Assembly (NCBI GenBank): GCA_003605035.1
Contig: QZKJ01000078.1
Location: forward strand, 163 to 64,162
Length of the DNA stretch: 64,000 nucleotides
Reading direction: 5' to 3'
Source of the DNA: Desulfurivibrio sp.
GTDB lineage: Bacteria > Desulfobacterota > Desulfobulbia > Desulfobulbales > SURF-16
Shown here one piece after another: positions 34,120 through 42,471 of the stretch (position 1 is its first letter; every line of letters starts with the position of its first letter). The notes under the pieces are model-generated. The model did not search any database and had not been told where the DNA came from. It saw only the letters and a list, made by a program, of their open reading frames with translations. The position numbers were made by a program, and so were the translations under genes.

Positions 34120-36222
34120 TCAGGGCGATTTGGGGAACAACTGCATCCAGAAGGGATTGACTCCCTGCCTGGCCAGCAGATACCAGGCGGTTGCCCCGAT
34201 ATGCAGCCGCCGGGGATAGGTCCACTGCCCTGACCACTCACCGATCTCTTTCATAAAACCCGTCTCGGCCTTATCCGGGCAGGAGGCCTGGATGCCCGTG
34301 CCCCGGCCGCTGCCCGGCTGGATCTCAGCGGCAAAAACCGGACCGGCCAGAGAGCTGAGGATCTGCTCGGCCGGCTCCCTGCTGCCGAGAAAGTTGTAGA
34401 CCGCCGCCACCTGGGCCGTGCCCTCAGCCCAGATCCCGCTGCCCTCCCGGCTGAACCGGTAACCACGGGAGCCGGCGCAGGCGGGGTGGGGCTGCACTTC
34501 CCGCACATTATCTTCAAGCCAGCGGATGGGGGCCGGCAGCGCGGCATCATCCTGCCAGCCGATGACCCGGCGAAACTCGGGGTCATGGCCCATGGCCAGC
34601 AGGCTCCAGGTCTGCACATCCAGCGGGACCACCTCCCGGTTGACCGTGCCTTCGAGATCAATGGCGCCTGCCAGAAAATGCCCCTGCTCAGGGTCATACA
34701 TCTTCAGGACAAAGCTGCGGGCGTGCCTGGCCCGCTCAAGCCAGACCGGATCATTGGTGAGATCGGCCAACTGCATGAAGGCAACAAAGAGATCGATGTT
34801 ATGCTCGGTGCTGCGCCACAGTAAACGCTGCGGCCCGCTGCCGCTGGCGTCGTTCCCCCAGCCGTCAAAGCCGCCGCTGTAGCCGCCGCCTTTGCCTGTC
34901 AGGACATCAGGACTGGCGGCCATCTCCTCAATCCGGCAATTGCGCTCAATCCACTCCGCCCCCTGCAGGGCTGCATGCAGGTAATGATGCTCCCGGCCCG
35001 GCAGCGAATACTTGCGATGGGCGGCCAGCAGGGAGATGACGGCCCAGGCCATATTGCCCGTATCCGTACTGACCTGGTAGCGGTCCTCCACCCAGGCGGC
35101 CACGGCGCTGCCTGACCCGTCACCGGCCGGAACCTGCCACCAGCCGGGCAAACGGGCCGGGTCCGCGGCAAGCAGATCGATCGGCACGGCCAGGTAGGCG
35201 TTGCGCCACCTGCCGTCCCGGTAATAGCGGTCATGATTCTGCAGCCAGACCAGGGTATCGGCCAGGATTTTCCCCCGCCTGGCGCTGTCCGGGTCCCCTT
35301 TGGCCAGATAGGCCAGCAGAGCCAGGGCATTGTCATAAAGAAAGGCGGCATTGCGCAGTGATTTGTCCTCGTCGGCCATGGTTGCCCGGTATGATCTGAC
35401 CAGCCGCAGCATGTTCGGGTCCGCGTTGTTGTATCTGACATCATCAAGATAAACGGTGGCGCCCTGACGATTTTTGCCGGCATCAAAGTAGATGGAAAAC
35501 CCGCCGATTACCCCGGTGAGGTTTGAGCCTGGCGGGATAACAAGCTTAAACGGCTGCCAGCTGGTGGTCAGCTTCAACAGTTTCGGTTCGTATTTCAACA
35601 GGGTCAGGGTATCACGGTGCGGCAGGCCGGCATCGCCCTCCTCATTCACCCCGCCGGCCTCGATCCTGACCAGCTCACCGCCGACCTTGCCGCGGATCCA
35701 GCCGGTCAGCTCGGTGGCCCCCACCAGGACCCGGCCATGCCGTTCCCCCCAGTTACCGCCGCTTACATTGGGATAGACCCAGGTCACTCCGGCCCAGCCT
35801 CTTTTTTTCGCCGGCTGATAGGTGATACGCAGGCAGGTTTTGCCGGCAAAGGGGCTATCCCAGCTGTCAGGGGCCAGGGTAAGATCCTTCACATCACCCG
35901 ACCAGTTGACGGGATAAAAACCGGCGGCCCCGCTGTCATACTCGTCATAAACCACCGTGCCATCGGTCAGGCGGTCCATCTCCCGGGCCAGATAGCCATA
36001 GAGGGCGTCAAGCTGGACCGGCGGGACGGTGCTCGGGGTCGCGACTGTTTCGCTGGTTGGAGCTGGGGAAAGGATTGTTTCCTGCTGCCCGGCTTCCTGG
36101 GCAAGCAGGCTGCCGCCCAGGCCGGCCAGAGGCGGAGAAAAAAGGCAGAGGATGATGAGGGCCTGCAGGAGGCGGGTTGGCGACGGTAAAAGGAGTCGAA
36201 ACGCAGCGGATAATTTTTTCAT
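34120..36222 (-). CDS. secreted protein with probable (alpha/alpha)6 six-hairpin glycosidase-like C-terminal domain
   Basis: ATG at 36222 gives MKKLSAAFRLLLPS...LCLF (signal). Motifs such as RNAAFLYDNALALLAYLAKGDPDSARRGKILADTLVWLQ resemble six-hairpin/GH-like toroid repeats. The function is not established. Confidence 0.5.
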   Translation of the reverse strand: MKKLSAAFRLLLPSPTRLLQALIILCLFSPPLAGLGGSLLAQEAGQQETILSPAPTSETVATPSTVPPVQLDALYGYLAREMDRLTDGTVVYDEYDSGAAGFYPVNWSGDVKDLTLAPDSWDSPFAGKTCLRITYQPAKKRGWAGVTWVYPNVSGGNWGERHGRVLVGATELTGWIRGKVGGELVRIEAGGVNEEGDAGLPHRDTLTLLKYEPKLLKLTTSWQPFKLVIPPGSNLTGVIGGFSIYFDAGKNRQGATVYLDDVRYNNADPNMLRLVRSYRATMADEDKSLRNAAFLYDNALALLAYLAKGDPDSARRGKILADTLVWLQNHDRYYRDGRWRNAYLAVPIDLLAADPARLPGWWQVPAGDGSGSAVAAWVEDRYQVSTDTGNMAWAVISLLAAHRKYSLPGREHHYLHAALQGAEWIERNCRIEEMAASPDVLTGKGGGYSGGFDGWGNDASGSGPQRLLWRSTEHNIDLFVAFMQLADLTNDPVWLERARHARSFVLKMYDPEQGHFLAGAIDLEGTVNREVVPLDVQTWSLLAMGHDPEFRRVIGWQDDAALPAPIRWLEDNVREVQPHPACAGSRGYRFSREGSGIWAEGTAQVAAVYNFLGSREPAEQILSSLAGPVFAAEIQPGSGRGTGIQASCPDKAETGFMKEIGEWSGQWTYPRRLHIGATAWYLLARQGVNPFWMQLFPKSP

Positions 36223-36468
36223 TTTTTTATTCTCGGTGCGGGATATTGGGCAATAGGCCAGGAGTGGCAAGGGTCGGAGCGAATTGAGGCATGATTTCCG
36301 GTTCGAGATTTTTTCATCAATGATTGAAACGAAATTTGTCTGGTTCCCCTGCATTCCTGGTGCTCAACTAACAATCATATGGTTTCCAGATAACTATCAC
36401 ATCCTAAAAAGATTGCCAAACGATATTGTCAGAGCTGCTGTTTTTCTGCCTCTTGCTACCTCCCAATC

Positions 36469-36619
36469 AATGTCATTAACTTTAGCTTTTTCTAATGGCA
36501 GAAGCCTCGGGATGTCATTCCGGCGAAGGCCGGAATCCAGAGATTTGAAGAAGTTCTGGACCCCGGCCTTCGCCGGGGTGACGGCGGGAAACTTCGAATA
36601 CTCTTAAGTTAATGACATT
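36469..36619. mobile_element. second copy of the AATGTCATTAACTT...AAGTTAATGACATT-terminated MITE-like element, with a different core
   Basis: Left end is AATGTCATTAACTTTAG (from 36469). Right end is CTTAAGTTAATGACATT (36603..36619). The core carries GTCATTCCGGCGAAGGCCGGAATCCAG and CCCCGGCCTTCGCCGGGG REP-type hairpins. Confidence 0.6.
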
Positions 36620-36676
36620 GCCCTCCGATATACACCATAAAAAAGGATTCTCGCATTACCCCATATCAGAATTGTC

Positions 36677-36705
36677 TTGACACAATTCAAGACCCTCTCT
36701 ATTAT
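36677..36705 (+). promoter_or_regulatory. sigma70-type promoter for the TetR/RND operon
   Basis: TTGACA (36677..36682), 17-nt spacer, TATTAT (36700..36705), 44 nt upstream of the tetR-family ATG. Confidence 0.5.
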
Positions 36706-36736
36706 TAAACACGTTTAACCAACAAACACATTTAAC
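36705..36736 (+). promoter_or_regulatory. putative TetR operator(s) overlapping the -10/TSS
   Basis: TTAAAC-AC-GTTTAA palindrome at 36705..36718. The direct repeat AAACACGTTTAAC / AAACACATTTAAC occurs at 36707..36719 and 36724..36736. Confidence 0.35.
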
Positions 36737-36748
36737 TCTGTTTACCCC

Positions 36749-37372
36749 ATGAGCCGCCGCGAAACCACCAAACTTGAGACCCGGCAACTGATCCTGGAGG
36801 CTGCCCGCAAACTTTTTCACCGCAGGGGGCCCGAGTTGTGCACCATGCGGGACATTGCCAGGGAGGCCGGGGTGTCGCCGGCCTCGGTGGTGGTCCACTT
36901 CAAAAACAAGACCGCCCTGCTGGAAGTGGCCCTGTATGAAGACATTGAACAGACCATTGCCAAGGCAGTTGCCACCATGCCGCAGGCGGGGGCCTCCCTG
37001 CATGGGCGGCTCATGCACATCGCCCGCTGCATGTATGGTTTTTATGATAACGACCGCGAGCTCTACCGGGTGCTGATTCGCGATACGACATTTGAGAAGG
37101 CAGGGGAAAACCCCTATCTGACCAGGCAACTGCAGGAGTATCTGCAGTTTTTCGGGGCCCTCATCGAACAGGAAAAGGAACGGGGCAAGGTACGGCCTGG
37201 TGCGGATGCCCGAATTGCCGCCTCCTCGCTTTTTTCCCTCTATTTCAGTGTACTCATGGAGTTTCTGCGCAGTCCCGACCTGACCCCGGACATGGCGCTC
37301 GGCTGGCTTTCGGAAGCAGTACGCCAGCATTTGACCGGCATTGTGCCGCCGGAAGGAGACAAGGGTAAATGA
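36749..37372 (+). CDS. TetR/AcrR-family transcriptional regulator
   Basis: 207 aa. RQLILEAARKLFHRRGPELCTMRDIAREAGVSPASVVVHFKNKTALL is a canonical TetR HTH. ATGA overlap with the RND gene. Confidence 0.9.
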   Translation: MSRRETTKLETRQLILEAARKLFHRRGPELCTMRDIAREAGVSPASVVVHFKNKTALLEVALYEDIEQTIAKAVATMPQAGASLHGRLMHIARCMYGFYDNDRELYRVLIRDTTFEKAGENPYLTRQLQEYLQFFGALIEQEKERGKVRPGADARIAASSLFSLYFSVLMEFLRSPDLTPDMALGWLSEAVRQHLTGIVPPEGDKGK

Positions 37373-40300
37373 CCGCGGTCCATAAAAAATTCGAAAACTG
37401 GTTCGCCCGGCTCGCGGCCCTGGTTTACCGGCACCCCTATGCAGCCCTGCTCTTTATTTTTCTGTTGACCGCCGCCCTGGCCGGCCAGATGGCAAAACTC
37501 ACCATCGATACCCGAGATGAAAGTTTTTTCGGCGAAGATGACCCGGCCCTGATCGCCTACAACGGTTTCCGGGACACCTTCGGCCAGGATGACATGTTCA
37601 TCATCTCCATGCGCCCCCACCATGGCCTGACCCGGGATTTTCTTGCCACGCTGACTGAACTGCACCACCAACTGGAGGCAAAGGTCCCCTATCTTGCCGA
37701 CATCACCAGTCTGGTCAACGGCCGCATCGTCTACGGCCAGGGCGACACCCTGGTGGTCGACGAACTGATGACAGAGCCGCCCCGGACAGAGGCGGAACGA
37801 GAGCTGCTGCTTGCCCAGATCGACCGTTATCCGCTCTATGAAAAGCTGCTGGTCTCCACAGACAGGTCCATGACCTCAATCCTCATCAAGGCCCAGGCGA
37901 TCAAGCCGGTGGCGGAAAAGGATCTGCTGGCCGGCTTTGCCGATGATGCCCCGTCCCCAGCCCCGGCAGCGCACCGCTACCTCAGCAATGAGGAGAGCAT
38001 CGAAATCTCCCGGGCGATCAGCCAGGTGGTGGCCGGCTTCCAGGGCCGGGGCATCGACTTTCATCTGAGCGGCACCCCTTTGGTGGTGGCCGAACTGACC
38101 AGCACTATTAATGATGATCTGCGCACCATGGTGCCGCTCTCCTTTCTGCTCATCGTCCTGTTTCTTGCCGTGTTGTTCCGCCGCATCTCCGGGGTGCTCT
38201 ATCCCCTGCTGATCGTGTTGCTGTCGCTGATTGCCACCCTGGGACTCATGGGCCTGTGCCGCATCCCCATCACCATGGTCATGCAGATCCTGCCCTCCTT
38301 TCTGGTGGTAGTTGGCATCGGCGACAGCGTGCACATTCTGACCATTTTCTACCGCCTGTATCGCCGGAGCGGCGACAAGGAGCAGGCCATTGTCCAGGCC
38401 ATGGGCTTTGCCGGCCTGCCGGTGCTGATGACCAGCGTTACCACCGCCTGCGGTCTGCTCTCCTTTGCCTGGGCTGATCTGAACAATGTGGCCCAGCTCG
38501 GTTACATGGCGCCGGCAGGGGTGATGCTGGCCCTGCTCTATACCGTGATGCTGCTGCCGGCGCTGATCGCCATCTTCCCGATCAGCCCGGGCCGCGATGC
38601 CGCAGCCGCACGGCTGCCCCTGGCCGACCGGATTTTTACCTGGATCGCCGCGGTCACCACCCGGCGGCCGCTGCTGATATGCCTTATCTCTGCCATCATG
38701 GTCAGTCTCGCCCTGTGGAGCGCGCTTTCCGTCAGGTTTGCCCATAACGCCCTCACCTGGTTCCCCCGGGACTCTCCCACCCGGGTGGCCACTGAACTGC
38801 TGGATCGGGTCAACGGCGGTACAGTCATGCTTGAGGCGCTGGTGGATACGGGCCGGGAAACCGGACTGCATGAACCTGACCTGCAGCGCCGCCTGAGCGA
38901 GGCGGCCCAGACCATCCCGACCCTGGAGGCCCATGGCATCCGGGCGGCCAAGGCCTGGTCCCTGGCCGATGTGCTGAAAGAAACCAACCGGGCCCTGCAT
39001 GAGGGCCGGGATGAGGCTTACCGGGTGCCCGAGAGCCGTGAGCTGATCGCCCAGGAACTCATTCTCTTTGAATCGGGCGGCAGCGACGACCTGGAGGATG
39101 TCGCGGACAGCACCTATCAGACCGGACGCCTCTCCATCCTGGCCCCGTGGACCGATGCGGTTCTGTACAAGGATTACATTGACCGGGTCTCAGAGTATCT
39201 GGCCAGCCAGTTTCCCCATGAGCAGGTGCGGCTCACCGGCCACATCGTCCTGTTCATGCAGATCATTAAAAAGGTCATCACCAGCATGGCCAAGAGCTAT
39301 GCCTTTGCCCTGGTGGTGATCTCGCTGCTCATGGTGCTGCTGGTGGGCCGGGTGCGCATCGGCCTGCTCAGCATGATTCCCAATGTGGTGCCGATCATTT
39401 TTATCCTGGGGCTGATGGGCCGGCTCGCTATCCCCCTGGACCTGAGCACCATGCTGATCGGCAGCATTGTCCTGGGTCTGGTGGTGGATGACACCATCCA
39501 CTTTCTGCACCATTTCCGCCGGGCCTTTGAGGAGAGCGGCGAGGTGGAAACCGCAGTGCGCGAGACCATGCTCACCACCGGCCGGGCCATGGTGATCACC
39601 AGCATCGTGCTGTGCGGCGGTTTCTTCATCTACACCACCGCTTATCTGGCCAGCAGCGTGCGTTACGGCCTGCTCACCGGCAGCGCGGTGCTCTTTGCCC
39701 TGGCCGCCGATTTCTTCCTGGTGCCGGCCCTGCTCAGTCTGGTCAGTCTGAATAGCCCTACTGGTCCGACCAGTCGGACCAGCAAGACCGTTCCCATCAT
39801 CTTTTTATTATGCCTGCTGCCGATACTGGCCCACGCCGGAAACGATGCTAACCGGGCCAGATCCATCATGCAACAGGTGGACGCCCGGGACGACGGGGAC
39901 CACTCCATTGCCGACATGCAGATGCTTCTCATCGACCGACACGGCAGGAAACGCAGCCGCACCATCCGTTCCTTCGGCCTGGACCGGGGCAAGGACCGCT
40001 GCAATCTGATGTTCTTCCTCGCCCCGGCCGATGTCAAGGATACCGGCTTTCTCACCTATGACTACGATGAGGGGGGTAAAGACGATGACCAGTGGCTCTA
40101 TCTGCCGGCCCTGAAAAAAACCAAACGCATTGCGGCAAGCGACCGGAGCGGCAGTTTCATGGGTTCTGATTTCAGCTATGCCGATCTGACCAAACGGCGG
40201 CTCGACGATTACACCTACTCATTCAACCAGGAACAGCGGGAGGCCAGGGTGTACGGGCAACAGACCTGGGTTATCGATTCCCTGCCGGCCAATACCAGAG

Positions 40301-40590
40301 TGCTTGAGGAAACCGGCTACAGCCGTTCGATCCTCTTTGTCAGGCAGGACAACTTCATGGTGGTGCGCGCCATCCACTTTGCCACGGAGGGCGGTTTGCG
40401 CAAGTATTTTGATGTGAAGCGGATGGAGCTGGTGGACAATATCTGGACCAGCCTGGAGATCCATATGAGCGCGAGAAAGGGGGATGAGCTGGTGCACCGG
40501 ACCATTCTCACCCTAGACAATGTCCGCTATAACCAGGAAGCGGTGGATGACCAGCTGTTCACGGTCCGTACCCTTGAAAAAGGGCTGTAA
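37369..40590 (+). CDS. RND-superfamily (MMPL-type) transporter fused to a C-terminal LolA-like 'outer membrane lipoprotein-sorting' domain
   Basis: 1073 aa with two 6-TM bundles and large loops. After the last bundle come a PTGPTSRTS linker and an extra hydrophobic segment, VPIIFLLCLLPILAHA. The next ~270 aa carry IMQQVDARDDGD...RTIRSF...LMFFLAPADVKDTGFL...WLYLPALKKTKRIA...SFMGSDFSYADL, typical of LolA-like sorting proteins. Confidence 0.8.
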   Translation: MTAVHKKFENWFARLAALVYRHPYAALLFIFLLTAALAGQMAKLTIDTRDESFFGEDDPALIAYNGFRDTFGQDDMFIISMRPHHGLTRDFLATLTELHHQLEAKVPYLADITSLVNGRIVYGQGDTLVVDELMTEPPRTEAERELLLAQIDRYPLYEKLLVSTDRSMTSILIKAQAIKPVAEKDLLAGFADDAPSPAPAAHRYLSNEESIEISRAISQVVAGFQGRGIDFHLSGTPLVVAELTSTINDDLRTMVPLSFLLIVLFLAVLFRRISGVLYPLLIVLLSLIATLGLMGLCRIPITMVMQILPSFLVVVGIGDSVHILTIFYRLYRRSGDKEQAIVQAMGFAGLPVLMTSVTTACGLLSFAWADLNNVAQLGYMAPAGVMLALLYTVMLLPALIAIFPISPGRDAAAARLPLADRIFTWIAAVTTRRPLLICLISAIMVSLALWSALSVRFAHNALTWFPRDSPTRVATELLDRVNGGTVMLEALVDTGRETGLHEPDLQRRLSEAAQTIPTLEAHGIRAAKAWSLADVLKETNRALHEGRDEAYRVPESRELIAQELILFESGGSDDLEDVADSTYQTGRLSILAPWTDAVLYKDYIDRVSEYLASQFPHEQVRLTGHIVLFMQIIKKVITSMAKSYAFALVVISLLMVLLVGRVRIGLLSMIPNVVPIIFILGLMGRLAIPLDLSTMLIGSIVLGLVVDDTIHFLHHFRRAFEESGEVETAVRETMLTTGRAMVITSIVLCGGFFIYTTAYLASSVRYGLLTGSAVLFALAADFFLVPALLSLVSLNSPTGPTSRTSKTVPIIFLLCLLPILAHAGNDANRARSIMQQVDARDDGDHSIADMQMLLIDRHGRKRSRTIRSFGLDRGKDRCNLMFFLAPADVKDTGFLTYDYDEGGKDDDQWLYLPALKKTKRIAASDRSGSFMGSDFSYADLTKRRLDDYTYSFNQEQREARVYGQQTWVIDSLPANTRVLEETGYSRSILFVRQDNFMVVRAIHFATEGGLRKYFDVKRMELVDNIWTSLEIHMSARKGDELVHRTILTLDNVRYNQEAVDDQLFTVRTLEKGL

Positions 40591-41923
40591 GAAGGCCGCT
40601 CTGGCCTGCCTGCCGGGGCTCCTGCTTCTGCAGGCGGTTGCGGCGGCGGGCGAGGCTGAGCTGTTCAGCGGCTTTGAGGATGGGGCAGCATTCGGCCCGG
40701 AAACGGTCAGCGAAGGCAGGGATGCCCTTCTTTTCAGCGGCTATGCCAAGCTGGGCGCCACCTGGAATATCGCCCACCACGCCCCGGCGGCGGGCGAGAC
40801 CGACTGGCGCGGCCTGTCACGACTGCGGACCGAGCTGCAGCTGGAGGCGGATTACCGGCATCAGCAGTGGCGACTTTTTGCCTCGGCCAAGGGGTTCTAT
40901 GATTATGCCTATGCCATCAACGGCCGCAGCGACTATACGGCTGCCGTGCTGGATGAGTATGAATGGGAGGCCCAACTGCGCGAGGCCTTTGTGCAGGGGG
41001 CGCTCAGCGACAGCCTCGACCTGAAGCTCGGCCGCCAGACCGTGGTCTGGGGCCGCTCCGACAACTTCCGGGTCACCGATCTGCTCAACCCCCTGGACAA
41101 CCGGGAGCCGGGACTCACCGATCTCGAGGACCTGCGGCTGCCCACCACCATGAGCAAAATCGATTACTTTCGCGGCAACTGGCAGCTTGCCCTGATCGGC
41201 ATCCACGAACATCGTTTTGACAAGCTGCCGCCCTTCGGCTCTGATTTCTACCCCGCCCCCCTGCCAGCCCCGTCCGAGGAGAAACCGGCCGCCACTCTGG
41301 GCAACACAGGCCTGGCCCTTGAGGTGCAGGGCATCTTTTCCGGCTGGGACATCTCCTTTTACGGGGCGGATGTCTATAACGACCAGGCTACTATCGTTCC
41401 TTCCGCCCCCCTGACCCGGGAGCATCGCCGCATCAAGATGGCCGGCGCAGCCATCAACCTGGCCAGGGGAAATTTCCTCTACCTTTTTGAAGCTGCCCAT
41501 CGCCGCGGCCTGCGCTTCCTGAGCGATTACCAGACGGATTACCGCCGCACCGACCTGCTGGCCGGCATCGAATACCGCGGCTTTACCGACACCGCGGTCA
41601 GCGTGGATCTGGTCAACCGCCATCTGCACCACTATCAGTCAGAGCTGAACGACTCTCCGGAATTTCCGCAACGAGACGCGCCCCAGGCAGCGCTGCGCCT
41701 CAGCCGCGAGCTGTTTCACCAGAGGCTTGACCTCACCGCCCTGCTGATCGTCCTGGGTGAACGGGCCCGGGACGGTGCCTTGGCGCGTTTCACCGCCACC
41801 TATGATCTGGCCGACAACTGGAGCCTGACCGGCGGCCTGATCTTTTATCAATCCGGCAGCGGGACAATGGCCACTGCCGGTGAGAATGACCGGCTCCTCC
41901 TGGAAATCCGCCGCGATTTCTGA
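40547..41923 (+). CDS. DUF1302-family outer-membrane beta-barrel protein
   Basis: LREAFVQGALSDSLDLKLGRQTVVWGRSDNFRVTDLLNPLDNREP is the DUF1302 signature. The protein has a signal peptide and a C-terminal ...EIRRDF with terminal Phe. The start is uncertain: ATG 40547 has an AGGAAG SD, and ATG 40520 is the alternative. Either overlaps the RND gene. Confidence 0.72.
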   Translation: MTSCSRSVPLKKGCKKAALACLPGLLLLQAVAAAGEAELFSGFEDGAAFGPETVSEGRDALLFSGYAKLGATWNIAHHAPAAGETDWRGLSRLRTELQLEADYRHQQWRLFASAKGFYDYAYAINGRSDYTAAVLDEYEWEAQLREAFVQGALSDSLDLKLGRQTVVWGRSDNFRVTDLLNPLDNREPGLTDLEDLRLPTTMSKIDYFRGNWQLALIGIHEHRFDKLPPFGSDFYPAPLPAPSEEKPAATLGNTGLALEVQGIFSGWDISFYGADVYNDQATIVPSAPLTREHRRIKMAGAAINLARGNFLYLFEAAHRRGLRFLSDYQTDYRRTDLLAGIEYRGFTDTAVSVDLVNRHLHHYQSELNDSPEFPQRDAPQAALRLSRELFHQRLDLTALLIVLGERARDGALARFTATYDLADNWSLTGGLIFYQSGSGTMATAGENDRLLLEIRRDF

Positions 41924-42211
41924 GCAGAGGCCGCCGCTCTAACCCTCTTCTTCGCCGGACCTGTCCTGTTCTGCCCCGCCTGGCTGTTTTGCCGGGTCAA
42001 TCTGCCCCGCATCTCTTGCCGCCTTTCCCGCCGCCATCCTGACCTGATCCAGTGAGCAGACTGCCGCTGCTGATGGCTGCCTGCCCCAGCTTTTCCAGGA
42101 CAGAAAGCCCCAGTGCACCGAAAACCTTCCGCCAGGAGCATCACGGCGACAACATAAATAACTATCTGACATTACTCATATAAGCTCATAGGCGAAAATT
42201 ATTATCACGCC

Positions 42212-42227
42212 TGGCACACCGCCTGCT
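42212..42227 (+). promoter_or_regulatory. candidate sigma54 promoter (TGGCACACCGCCTGCT)
   Basis: GG at 42213-14 and GC at 42225-26 are 12 nt apart. The -12 box is CTGCT versus the TTGCW consensus. It lies 245 nt upstream of the OMP gene, with a MITE in between. Confidence 0.4.
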
Positions 42228-42241
42228 ATACAGAGGGCCAA

Positions 42242-42411
42242 CCTAAGAGTCTGTCGGACTTAGACATAAATCTACTGCAAACCCGAGAAATCGGCCCATA
42301 TTTCCATGGTTTTTCGTTAAATAGCCCAACTATTCGCCTCAAACCCATGAAAATCTGGTCTCGATTTCTCGATTTTTCGCTACGATTCTCTAAGTCCGAC
42401 AGACTCATAGG
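42242..42411. mobile_element. 170-bp MITE-like element with 23-bp terminal inverted repeats (1 mismatch)
   Basis: CCTAAGAGTCTGTCGGACTTAGA at 42242..42264 pairs with TCTAAGTCCGACAGACTCATAGG at 42389..42411. The inner 18 bp are perfect. Confidence 0.7.
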
Positions 42412-42471
42412 GGTTTCATCGATGAATTTGAACTTGCCGCTCACATTGAACTATGGAAAAAGGAGAAAAGC

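Noticed and set aside
36284-36607. 107-aa plus-strand ORF (…SFRRRPESRDLKKFWTPAFAGVTAGNFEYS)
   Set aside because: It reads through the MITE/REP-type palindromes. The '…RRPESR…TPAFAGVTA' peptide is the well-known translation artefact of GTCATTCCGGCGAAGGCCGGAATCC-type repeats.
37876-39000. 374-aa minus-strand ORF
   Set aside because: Antisense to the RND transporter TM region. It has compositionally biased H/Q/G/D runs.
41848-42172. Minus-strand ORFs of 98 and 77 aa downstream of the DUF1302 gene
   Set aside because: No SD. The products are W/R/G-rich with odd composition and no motif. This is probably non-coding 3' region, though I cannot exclude a small gene.
42226-42444. 72-aa minus-strand ORF
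   Set aside because: It lies entirely within the MITE-like element bounded by 23-bp inverted repeats. There is no SD and no motif.
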